The notes under the pieces are model-generated. The model had not been told where the DNA came from. It saw only the letters and a program-made list of their open reading frames with translations, and made no database searches. The position numbers were made by a program, and so were the translations under genes. 64,000 nt of DNA from Takakia lepidozioides (lineage: Eukaryota; Plantae; Bryophyta), in the NCBI GenBank assembly GCA_030704615.1, contig CM060731.1, forward strand, positions 89,900,001 to 89,964,000, in the 5' to 3' direction. This document shows positions 1 through 12,400 of the stretch, piece after piece. Numbering within the stretch: the stretch's first letter is position 1; each line of letters opens with the position of its first letter.

Positions 1-178
1 CATCACAATCACAACACACACATTCATGTGGTGTTCAAACCAGTCTTTGTATATAAATTCACAAAATATGCTTCATTGTTCAATCACAATGTCGCTAAAC
101 ACTTACTTGGGAAAAACTAGATTCAACAGATACTGCTAGAAGTAAGGGTTTTATTGACAAACAAAGCAGTAGAACTTC

Positions 179-1478
179 CTAAACTTCATGTCTCAGTAGC
201 TTCAAACTCCAAAGTGTGGTGCTTCCTACCATATCCCCCAACACAGTATGTTTCTTAACATCGTTGAGATATGGTAAAGGAGCGTTAGTGATGTATGCCT
301 CTTTGATGTATATAGCCGCATACTCAGCTGGCACATCAGGGTAGCCCTCACTTACCTTGCAGCCTTGCAGAGAACATATAATCCCTGATCCAACCTTTGT
401 CCGTTTGGACATCACGTTAAGGAGCCGAACTTGGTCTCCCACCTTAAACTGTCATCCCAGCACCCACCAGCAAAAACAATGAGTGAAAATACCATGCACG
501 CTATAATGTACTTAAGTACCGGGAGGGGGGTTGCAACTACTAATAGGGATGGATGGAGGGAGGGGAGGGAGGAAGGGTAGGCAAGAAGGTCTACAGCCAA
601 CAAGTTGCAGCAAACAACATACATACACACACACACATTTCAATTTCATTCTCTCTACCTACCTACCCAAAAGGCTATGCCAAACACAAGGTCTTATGAG
701 TACTTTCTGTACCTACCCTTGGCAATAAACTGAAGTAAATCCCTCACAATGGTCTGCCACTGGATGCGGAGTCTATGACCACAAGGATACAACAAACGTG
801 AAGGACGGTAGTCTACACTCCAGTGGCCACATAAACAAAATTGGAAAAGAAGGTCATGGACTTACACCAAGCTGACTTTCACGCGGCTGCGAGAATTGCT
901 TGAGAGGGCTACTTTCCAGCTCCTCTGTTGACTTGTTGACAACATGGAGCCGCTTCATCATAGGTCCCTATATCACAAACCATTACAATTTCTTCAGTGG
1001 CATTACAACCTGAAATACACTAGTTACATAGCTCACTCAAGAGAAACCCACTGCTTATGCAATTCACAAGCAACCCAAGAATTTCAAATGTGGACCAGAC
1101 TTACATTACATTGTTGTACCTTCTGAAGATTACACTGAGCAGTATTGTAGGGCTGTTGTCCAAAGAGAGGCTCAGACTTCAGAAACTGTGGAATACTAGA
1201 AGTCTTGCTTGCCCTCTCCAAAAAACGGCCACAACACATCGAGTAGATAACCATCTTTTGCCCTGATGATCGCATTTTCCATGGCTCCGGATATATCCCA
1301 CTAAATAGAGGATTGTTTGATGCCTTTCTTGGTGTGTCATCAACAAGAAGAGTGTCTTCAGGACCCCATTCTGGCCACTCTGCCCACACTCTTGATAGGT
1401 TCTTCAAATATATGGGCTTTGCATCAGCCCCCCTAGCCAATGGGTCACTAAGCTCTTCACAGTAAAGGGCATCCCACT
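179..1478 (-). pseudogene. Degenerate spliced gene: FCP1/NIF-like HAD phosphatase segment followed by a Tnp1/En-Spm (CACTA accessory)-like C-terminal domain
   Basis: 1084-1478 reads KPIYLKNLSRVW...DTLLVDDTPRKASNNP...FGQ (plant NIF-family pattern, with frameshifts). 179-448 reads VGSGIICS...NAPLPY...VLGDMVGSTTLW, resembling Transposase_23. AG acceptors precede both segments. Confidence 0.5.
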
Positions 1479-1499
1479 GGAAAATAAGATTAGTGTGAC

Positions 1500-2933
1500 C
1501 TTAAATTGACTAAGGATTGCAACGTTATGGTGCAACTGCAGTATTTCTTGCCGGCAATCTCTCACCAACGTCGCCATGAACAAGGTACAACCAAGCATAC
1601 AGAGCGTGTACTCCTTCTCTGTTTCTATCGAGACGCCCTCCAATTCGATGCTCATTTGCGAGAAACCAAGGTCATCTCAAAGCGGGTCCGTTACAACCGA
1701 CACACAAAAATGTGAAGTTTGCGAGATCGCCAGAGCCTTTCTTCACCTTCACCACCAAGAAAGGTTATAAAGCTCTTTCTAACTTTCAATGCTTCAAGCT
1801 TAAGTGGGAAGCCAGATGGGAGCTTTACGGCTTTCGCAACGAAAATTGGTCAGCTATTTGGAGCTCTATATGGATCAAATCTCGTCTTGCAAAAATAACC
1901 GCTTTCCTTTGGCAGATAGTCAACATGGTGTTACAGGTAGGGGAATGGCTTCAGTTCCAGACAGCACTTCTCTGCAGTTGTTGTTCAGCGAATATAATGG
2001 AATCCCTAGAGCACTGCCTGCTTTTCTGTCATGCACCCACCAAAGTCTGGCCGCTGGTGAAATTTTTTTATGGCCATTGGAGCTCCAAACCCCTTCTATC
2101 CCTTCATCTTCTTCTCAACTACGACCAATGATCCAAGAACAAAGCCTTCAATTGTCCTGTTTTTGAGGCCATGAGAAGCTCGGTCCTCTGGCACCTATGG
2201 AAAGCCCGATGTAGGAAATCCTGTTCTGGAGAAACTACCACCATCTCCTCCCTTCTTTCTAATGTGTTCTATGATCTAGGAGTGGAGTCAAGGAAAGCGC
2301 GGTCAAAAACCTGTGCAAATATCGAGCGGAATTCTGGAAGCGCGGCAGCTATCCATGCTAACTTCAAGGCCACCTGGTGCAATCACGGCCTTATCTGCTT
2401 GTCCCCTGAGCAAGACTCATGCATTTGGACAGAGCTCCCCCCTTCTTGTTGGCGAGACCACCGGGCAACATTCCATAGTGTCCCCTAAGTTTGAACGGGA
2501 CATCAACTGGAAACATCTGACACAGTTTCCAGGCTCCACTACCGCTAGGAAACTTCATCGAGCTTCCCCATCTGGTTCATGTATGTGTCGCGATCTGGTT
2601 CCTGAGTGCTTCTAGCCTTTAGCTATCCCCCGGGTTGTTTTTCCTCATGGTAGCATAGTAGTCTAAATGAACCATTTTCTCCTTAGCCGTTACTCGCCCT
2701 TAAGAGTAGATCCATCGAATTATAACCTCAATTGTTGTCCCCTTGCTTGGTTCTTGATCTCTCTCCTGATATGGGAGGAAAGGCTCTTCATTCACTGAAA
2801 TCGGTGTGTGTACCTCATGGTGTAATCGGGGTTTTAATTTTTTTCCCCACAATAAACTTAATAAATGACCAGGGCCATTGACCCCTGTTATGCCAAAAAA
2901 AAACAAAAAAACCAAAAAAAACAAAAAAAACAA
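1500..2933 (+). mobile_element. 5'-truncated L1-type LINE: zf-RVT end of ORF2, 3' UTR and poly(A) tail
   Basis: WSAIWSSIW...FLWQIV...CSCC...ESLEHCLLFC...VW and VLWHLWKARC motifs; AATAAA near 2850; A-rich tail about 2895-2933. The 5' boundary is approximate. Confidence 0.8.
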
Positions 2934-3329
2934 TTATTGGATATATGAGAGTGGTTATGCTTCTCATTGAAAGATAATTGGGTCTTAGGCGCGGGTGGGC
3001 CCCGGCTATCCGGTTTGGGGTGGTCCCCTCGCGACCCCTCACCGGCCTGGGCCCAATGAGGTAGTGAATGAGGTAGGGTCACTGGCCTTGACCTGCCCCG
3101 GTCCAATGAGGTGGGTCCACCCTCCTAAGGCGGGGCTGGGGCTAACTCTAGGCTGTTATTCTGGCGACGACTGAAGGTGGGAGACTAGAGCAAGAATAGG
3201 GTGCCATAGCGCCGCGTCATCGCACCACGTCATCGTAGACACGCCACGTCGTCGTCAACCGCGTCATCGTCCATAGGGTCGATATCCATCTTTGCTAGCG
3301 AACGCCCCAAGATCCAAACAAAGGTATTT

Positions 3330-5549
3330 CCAAATAGCCAACTCTCCAGAGGGGTCAAGAGGTCAGGTTTGGGGTCCAAAGGCCTACCTGGCATAGACCA
3401 AGCGTAGATCCTTACTGAGGTTAGGGGAGTGGTAGGATGTCCAGAGGGGAGGGAGATGCTAGAGAAAGAACCAGAGAAATAGGGTCAATATTGAAGGCAA
3501 AGACTGAGTGGTGAGAAGGGTTAGAGTCAGTGACATAAATGATAGAGAGGCGGTTGTGGAGAATTACAAGTGCCCATAGGGGGGTAGCAGGATCTGCAGG
3601 TCCAGCTCGAAGGGTACTTTGCCAGAGCGGGGGAACTGATTGGATGATGTCCTGATAACCCTTTGCCACTCTGGCCGATCCGATAGCCGGGGGGAGGAGC
3701 TCCGGAGGTTTGAAGTCAGGTTGGTTCCAGATATCAAAGATTTGACTGACTCCGAGAGTATCCAAGGCAGACTAGCGTCTAGCTTCTTTTTTTTGCTGGG
3801 GAAATGGGTTATTGGTATTGATGAATAGGTGCTACCTGAAAATCTCGTAATATGAGACAGGGTTTGATTTAACGAGGAAACGGCGAAATTTCCCCCAAGC
3901 CATCCAGATATTTATCCATAGCCTGGAGCCCACAAGTTTAAGGTTGAATCCTTGAGTGATCCACCTGATGGAAGGCTTCCATTGGACAGCTTTCAATGGA
4001 GACGAAAGGGGTGTCAAACACCAGGAATTTCCAAAGTCCCCCTTCCGGAAATATGGGGACCACTTTGCTAGAAGAGATGTTATCTGGGTGTTTGGGTCTA
4101 TGACTCCTAGACCACCTTTCTTTTTGGGACAGCAGATTTGAGCCCAAGCCACCTGAGGCCTTTTCTTATCGGTCGAGAGCTCTGCCCCCGAGATAAAGTT
4201 CCTGGTAAGTCTCTTTGTCTCTTGAATTTGGGAGGAGTTGGGCTTCCAGGCAGCAGCAAAATACCATAGGCCAGCCTCCAAGATCTGGTTGGCTACCAGA
4301 GCCCTCCCGGTTATAGACAGGTGCTTGCTTCCCCACTGAGAGAGCCTGAGTTTTAGCTTGGAGATAATGGGTCTAAAAATCTGCTCGTCCGAGAGATCAA
4401 TACCAAAGGTGTACCCTAATAGTGTTGTAGGTTCGCCCGGTTTGAGCCATTTAAGACCCTGGTTATCCCCCCAAGAAGGACTGACCCCTATCACGGATGC
4501 AGATAGATCCCCCACCAACAGAGCTGCCGTTTTGTTCCAATTCACCTTAAAGCCTGATGCAGAGCAAAAGGTGTTGAGGGTAGTGGAGGCTATGTCCAGA
4601 TTTTGCTGATCTGCCTGAAGCATCAAGAAGGTATCATCTACGAACATAGAATTTGTTACTTGTAGTTGGTGATCTTGAGGCCCTTTATCTGGCTGTTACA
4701 CTGCAGCATATAACCAAGGGAGTCCGCAACAATGAGAAAGAGGAAGGGGGCTAGAGGGCAGCCTTGGCGCACTGACCTCTGAAGGGGAAATGATTTGGAT
4801 AGGTGACCATTCACTATTACCCTGCTTGAGGAGGTGACCAGTAGAATTTTAATCCATTGGCAAAAGGATTGAGGGAAGCCGATTCTGTTGAGGGATGCCA
4901 AAAGAAAGCTCCACTCCACTCTATCAAATGCTTTCTTGAAGTCCAAGAGCAAGAGAGCTATAGCTTGATTGGTTTTGAGAGCATAGTGAGGTAGCTCTTG
5001 AGCAAGCAAGAGGTTGTCCAGAATATGTCTGCCCTTAATGAAGCCAGTTTGGTTTGGGCGGATAAGAGCTCTAGGGAAGAAGAGGTTGCAGTCTGAGTGC
5101 CAAGGCCTTTGCTATGATTTTGGAGGCAACATTCAGTAGTGTTATTGGCCTATAGTTAGAGATATTTGTTCTATCTCCTTTTTTGTAGAGAAGTGTAATG
5201 ACCCCCTGAGACATCGAGGGGGCATTGCACCAATGAGGAAAAGATTGTCGGCCATTTCCGAAAAATCATCACCAATGTCTTGCCATAGGGCCTTGTAAAA
5301 CTCAACCGGAATCCCATCCATTCCAGGGGATTTGTGGTTCTGGAGTTTATCCAGAGCATCTCCCAGCTCCAGGGTTGAGGATTCCCCTTCCAAAACAGCA
5401 GCTGTCTGAGGTGACATGATCCTTGGGGTGTTCTGGAGGCATTCAGCCTGGATAGGGGATGGGGAGAGGTCAACCGACTCAGTCTGGAACAGCCGGCTAA
5501 AGTGAGCTGCGGACAAAGCTGCCATACCTCTGGGGGTGGTGGCAATCAA
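3330..5549 (-). mobile_element. L1/Tx1-type LINE ORF2 remnant (reverse transcriptase), frameshifted
   Basis: KSPGMDGIPVEFYK, LDFKKAFDRVEWSFL, RSVRQGCPLAPFLF, FVDDT, ASGFKVNWNKT and CCPKKKGGLG spread over ORFs 5142-5549, 4656-5009 and 3832-4647. Confidence 0.9.
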
Positions 5550-6413
5550 ACCACTAGCATATTGAATTCTGTAAGTGAGCTAGTTGGGTGGATCTGTGGT
5601 GGTTTGGAGTGACTTTGACAAGTTACTGCCGATGTGGCAGCAATAAAGTATCCAAAAATAGATAATAGAGATGAGGAGAAGCTTTGGAATAAACACTTTT
5701 CTGACCCGGGGGGTGCTATTCTGTGAGCCCGGAGGCGTGAGCCTGTGAGCCTAGGAAACCGTGAGCCCAGCACAGGCTCACGCCACGTCAGCATACATAC
5801 AGGGCCTATTTCCGCGGGTGTCACCTATTTCCGCGGGTTGATCAGCCATTTCCCGGGAATGCAGAGTGGATATGTTACATCCATTGTATCCATTGCATCC
5901 ATGCAAACGTTATCAACATTCCAAGTCCTCAGAAGTTTATGTGGGTACGTCGTGAGGAGGTGCACACTGACATGATCTAAAGCGGAACCCTGCGAAATCT
6001 TTTCTTACTCACCACCCTTGCGAACATGCCAGGTATGTGCGGGAGCATCATGGATGCTCATTAGATTTGAGAATGCCTCACAGCTCTTTGATGAGGTGGA
6101 CTTCACCGTGATGGATTCACCAACCATTCATCTAGCAGGAATGGTTTGGAGACCAACGAGCAACTGATGCGAGAATGCTCTACACGAACCAAAGTCGTTT
6201 GTTTGTATTTGCAATGCACTCAAGTCTGTGAGGTCCAGAGAACACTAAATAGATTGAAGGAACAATCCGGGCAGTCCATGCAACCCCCATCTCCAACAAT
6301 AGTTTGTTCCCATTAATGTGCATTCCACGCACACATTGCAAACAGGACAACAAGGACACACAACCATCCTATTTCAAATTTGGCCCCGAATAAAACGAAA
6401 AGAAAACTTCATA

Positions 6414-9400
6414 TCAAGTGTCACAGTCATCAGAATCAGTCTCGACCTCCTGTGCTATGTCATCCACAAAGATTCTGGCCCCAACACCACGTCTTCTACC
6501 ACGGCCGTGGATAGGTGGACTCCGAGTGCCATGAACGGCCATGCTTGTTGCGAGTGCCTCCGCATAGACAGGTAGCACGCAAGACCGAGGAGGACTGGAA
6601 AGAAGTCCAAACAGGTGTGATAGCCCTGGAGGGCAAGTGGAAGCACGCGGACTCCTGCACATGTCGACAAAAACCCATTCAGAACACAATATGCAATACA
6701 CAAGTCCAACGAAGAGGATGTCTGCATGTGAACTTTGCCTCAAGAAGAGTGATTCTCGATATTGAAACAACAATGCAAGCATGCACAGGTTGAACTTACT
6801 CACAGGCAAAGTCGGAGTCCAGCTCCTTGTCGGAAGTCTCCTCTGTATCAATATCAGCGGGACGGGGCTTCGGAAGGACTTGAGAAGTGTGTCCACCCAA
6901 ACCCATAAGGAGGTTGTTGTAAATCTCAGCATCCCCTTCAATCCCAAAGAGATGTCGGGCACTGGCCTTGCAAGCGTGGTACGAAGCACCTGCAGTGGAA
7001 TAGAATGAAGGAAGCAGACATTGAAGACACATATGGAACGGTGGGAAGTACTGAAAGTGCAAGCTCAATCAAACCTCATGAAATCCGAATGTTGAAGAGA
7101 CGAACCTGTGCCCATTGACAAATCCAGAACTCTGGCGTCTGTGTAGGTGCAGCACTCCACAATCGTTTGAATGAAAGCCGGGCTCCTCTCCCTCGCCCCT
7201 CTCCAAGGAACCCCATTCCCCCTTCGCAAGCAGACGTTGCTGTCGACGTAGTTGTGGTGCATGTCATCCGTTGGAGGATCTGTCCTGTCGTCTATGAACT
7301 TGCCCCCATGAGTGATGGCGAACTCCGAAATGCCGGCCGGAGTCGTTGGTGGATGCACTCGGACGAGACAAACAGCTTCAAACAAACGAGTCTGCGAACA
7401 ACATATTCAGAAGGAACTAAGAAGCTTAAAAAATCAGGCCCCTACATATGAGATCGAGCGACCTATACAACTCCATCCGAGAACCACCAAGAAGAGGAAG
7501 AAGAAGGTAAATTTACCATCTCTCCCGGACGATCCCCCTTCGTAAGGTACATGCTGTTCACACAATTCCATGTCTTCAGGACTCTCATGCCCGAGGCTTT
7601 CAAATAGCTGGCAAGTGCACGGCGACAGCGAACGTCGGCGGACTGTATGAGCACCAAAACACCTGCATCGGACAGGAAAAAATTGCAAAAGGAGAAAACC
7701 CACCGCCAGTAGCGCTCATCAAAAGCATTCCAACCCGGACAAGCACCCGATGGAGGGACATCCGGGACTGCCAACCCATCAGGGATGTCCAAGATTATGA
7801 GTTCGGCTGCATATTGCTTCTCCTTCCCGTTCACCCAGGATTTGGTCATTTTAGCCTGCAAACAAAATTACAATGGAATACTCAAGAGGATTGAAACGAT
7901 CCATGCCCACTGCAGAGAACATGCAAAAGAGAACACGCACCGTGCCGAGGAACTGTACAATCCTCTCCCACACTGGTGATGGCTCGCCCTTGTAATCAGA
8001 TTTCTTCGACTCCATCATGGCAAGGAATCCGACGTTGGCCATCTCCAACCTGGTAGGGCGAATGACCCTCGTCGGATGTTCCACTGCATGGTACGGGTCC
8101 TTGGGATCAACCACCCCTTGTTCTTTCTCACGGATCCCCTACCATGCGGTGGAGTCTGCTGGACATGCACCACTGGGCCAATATCTGCAACACTTCCCTG
8201 CCCTTGTGCCACCTTCCCTCTACCCCTTCCTTTCCCCACAACACCAGCAACATCTTTCCCCTTTGCCTTTCTACCTCTACCCGGGGTATCCTGAGCGGGA
8301 GGCTCCTTCTCTGCAAGAGTCCTCAAATTTCGCTCATGAATGTCGAGGTCGGCTGCTGCGGCAGTGGCTGCAATTCGCTCATTCTCTCTCCTCAAAGACA
8401 CCTCCGGAGCTGGGGTCTCAGAAGGAGGGCAATCCAAATACCAACCACAAGAAGATAGATGGTCTGGGCCCCAGTCATGCAAGATCCCAGTAGTAAACAT
8501 AGTCTGATTTCCAGCAGGGACAAGCCAGAGGTCCACGAAATCTGGATGTTTGTCCAAACAATTCTCTTCCATGAGAACAAACTTTATGTACCTGCAGGAA
8601 CAAAGACAGCCTCATTATGCAATGCAAATATTGTCTCTCAGTTTTTCCATCACATTCCCCTTAAACTGTATGCGTCACAGTACATTGCAACCACAAGACA
8701 CCAAGTAAACTGAACTGCCCAGGGAGTGCACCTGTAAAGGCATCGTTTCCAGGCTTCCTCTCCTTTTTCTTGCTGGTCAAGGTCATGTGTTCGACTGATG
8801 CCACCCTCCTTGCTGAACTCTCTAAAGAAACAAGAGTGCCACACTGTGGCTCTCCATTTCCTCATGTATGCTTCGAAGGAGACCTTCGGTGCTGTCATAG
8901 TGATGCCATAGTCAGCCAGCTGAGTATGCAGAACCGACCGTGCCCTTTCTTCCAACTGCAAAACAATTCAAATGCAAGAATGAACCCAAAAAAATCACTG
9001 CGAATGTGAGAGGCAATGGAAAGAGAAGGACAGGAAAAGAGAAAAGAAAGTGACACAGGAAAGGACAACACACCTGGCTCCAGTAAGTGGCCTTGTGAAG
9101 CCATGTGTCACATTGTCACTGACTGGAATGACACGCTGGGTCTTCTTCTCTTTCTCCGGCCTGGGGAACATGTGTGTATCCCTAACTGTGGGATCGGAGT
9201 TCCATATCTGTAGCCACTTCACCTTCTGTTCTGAAGACACAACGGCGGTAGACAACCTGTGTAACTTCTCCTGGGCCATCTCTGGCTTGCCTGGCTTGTT
9301 ATAATGGTTTTTTATCTCCAAGAGAAACTGCGCTCCGAATGATGGGTCGGCAATTCTCAACTGCTTCACAAAAGCACTCATTATAGTCCTTCTTGTAGCG

Positions 9401-12400
9401 GTCATCTCTTTTTGGATGTGAGTCTCAACCCCCTTTGCTGTCCTTCTCCTCAGGGGTTGACCTGTAGTATTCCAGTTTGCCACGCTCCCCTGCATCTGCA
9501 ATGTCTTGCTGCAAGGGAATGCACGAGAGTTGCATGAACCGAAGGGCAAGGGAAACAAACAGAAACAAACATGTGGAAGCAGGACTATGGAAAGGGCAGA
9601 TGAAGGAAGATGTATCTCACCGTGTACATGTACTCCATGAAAGCCTCGCGTGTCAACGAGTACCACGTTTCCGATGTCTTGGAGCTTTCGCACTTCTTGT
9701 ACGGTTACATCGAGTGGAGTTACCGTACGTTGCTGTCAGATTCGACAGCACGGTGCCCAAATCTTGAGAGCTTTGGCATCCTTGGTGCATGCTTCCAAGA
9801 TCTTTCCATAGTACATTTCACTAGTTTACTTGCAAACAATGCATTGTTCTGAAAGGATGGTCTTGAAGTTGGTCAAGGGCATCTGCCCGATCCTTTGTAT
9901 CCTATACAGTGTGTGAACCAGACTCGTTTTGACATGCGATGTCTCCGTTCCTCTGCAGAATGATATCTGAAAGTCAGAATGAAATTCAAGGACTTTAATC
10001 AAAGAACCAAGGAACTGCAAGTGGAACAGGTAGAATGAGAAACCAACCTGTTCACATCATTCATTGCCGTCAGAAGACTCATCATGTTCCCCTCACAATC
10101 CAGCACCATCGATCGAACAGAGTAATGCCACTCTTCCTCCTGTGAGTGCAGCCTCCCAATAACAGCCATCCATGCAAGCAATCGGTGGTTCCCATCCCAA
10201 ACGTGAAACATCTTCCCCGAGAATGCCTGGGTGGAAGGTTTCCTGGACAGAAGAAGTTCGAAGGATTCGTTCACCTGTCTCCAAATAGGATCCCAGGAGT
10301 CCACGATTGACTCATCCACAAGGAGCTCATTGCCAGTGGAATCCTTTGTACAAACGTAAAACACCGCGGATCCATCCAAATACCCATGAACAAACTCGGC
10401 CTCTAGCTTGAGAATGTCCTTGATGAGGGGTGGTCGAACGACGGGCATGGAAACCATCCTACACAGGGGAATCTTCAACCTCCCACCCGGGGCAAGCATA
10501 CTTTGCACCACAAGCTGAGAGTTTACCTTCTGACCCCCCAGCATCTCAGCGGCTTTGCTTTCATAGAACTCATCGTCAACATCAACAATGATATCCTTCC
10601 CCGGTCCCGAAGGGATCTCCTCCGCCACACTTTGCATCTTCTCCTATAGGGTTGTCCATTCAAATTGACATAAGAGTGAGGCATTAGACGAGGGTGTTTG
10701 AGCATGGCAAACAGACCATCTGTGGTAGAAAAGGTGAGCTCAAACAGTGTGCGTTGACGCACACTGTTTGAGGTGCAAGGTAAGTGTTCATTGAACCGTA
10801 AGTGTTGAAAGAACACTGTTTGAGCTGCCAGATAAGTGTTTATCGGTCCTCAGAGACATGCCCTATGTGGCCCATTCTCAAATGAAAAAGGCAATGATAA
10901 GGGCAGCTCAAACAGTGTGCGCCAACGCACATTATTTGAGCTGCCAGGATAGTGATGATTCAACCACTAATTCAAACCCTATGTGGCCAATTTTCAGATG
11001 ACAAGTGCAATGACATGGCAGCTCAAACAGTGTGCGTTGACGCACACTGTTTGAGCTGCCATGCAACTGATGATTGAACCTCCGAGACCTGCCCTGTATT
11101 GCCGAATTTCACAGTGGAAAAACAAAGACAAGGTGTGCTCAAACAGTGTGCGGCAACGCACACTGTTTGAGCTGCCAGATAAGTGTTCATCTGTCCTCAA
11201 AGACATATGCCCTATGCGGCCCATTCTCAAATGAGAAAGGCAATGATAAGGGCAGCTCAAACAGTGTGCGCCAACGCACACTGTTTGAGCTGCCAGGATA
11301 GTGATGATTCAACCACGAAATCGAACCCTATGTGGCCAATTTTCAGATGACAAGTGCAATGACATGGCAGCTCAAACAGTGTGCGTTGACGCACACTGTT
11401 TGAGCTGCCATGCAACTGATGATTGAACCTCCGAGACCTGCCCTGTATTGCCGAATTTCACAATGGAAAAACAAAGACAAGGTGTGCTCAAATAGTGTGC
11501 GTTGCCGCACACTGTTTGAGCTGCCAGGATAGTGATGATTCAACCACTAATTCAAACCCTATGTGGCCAATTTTCAGATGACAAGTGCAACTGATGATTG
11601 AACCTCCGAGACCTGCCCTGTATTGCCGAATTTCACAGTGGAAAAACAAAGACAAGGTGTGCTCAAACAGTGTGCGGCAACGCACACTGTTTGAGCTACC
11701 AGATAAGTGTTCATCTGTCCTCAGAGACATATGCCCTATGCGGCCCATTCTCAAATGAGAAAGGCAACGATAAGGGCAGCTCAAACAGTGTGCGGCAACG
11801 CACACTGTTTGAGCTGCCAGATAAGTGTTCATCTGTCCTCAGAGACATGCCCTATGTGGCCCATTCTCAAATGAAAAAAGCAATGATAAGGCCAGCTTAA
11901 ACAGTGTGCGCCAACGCACACTGTTTGAGCTGCCAGGATAGTGATGATTCAACCACTAATTCGAACCCTATGTGGCCAATTTTCAGATGACAAGTGCAAT
12001 GACATGGCAGCTCAAAGAGTGTGCGGTGACGCACACTGTTTGAGCTGCCATGCAACTGATGATTGAACCTCCGAGACCTGCCCTGTATTGCCGAATTTCA
12101 CAGTGGAAAAACAAAGACAAGGTGTGCTCAAACAGTGTGCGGCAACGCACACTGTTTGAGCTGCCAGATAAGTGTTCATCTGTCCTCAGAGACATGCCCT
12201 ATGTGGCCCATTCTCAAATGAGAAAAACAATGATAAGGGCAGCTCAAACAGTGTGCGCCAACGCACACTATTTGAGCTGCCAGGATAGTGATGATTCAAC
12301 CACTAATTCGAACCCTATGTGGCCAATTTTCAGATGACAAGTGCAATGACATGGCAGCTCAAACAGTGTGCGGCAACGCACAGTGTTTGAGCTGCCATGC

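Noticed and set aside
2985-3130. Possible Tourist-like MITE (TTA…TAA, GC-rich ends)
   Set aside because: TIR match is short and imperfect and there is only one copy in the window.
6414-10643. Bacterial or phage contamination as the source of the ParB-MTase
   Set aside because: The gene has phase-consistent spliceosomal introns and lies within a TSD-bounded plant transposon.
10994-12337. Repeated short ORFs within the palindrome array
   Set aside because: By-products of the repeat on both strands, with inconsistent frames.
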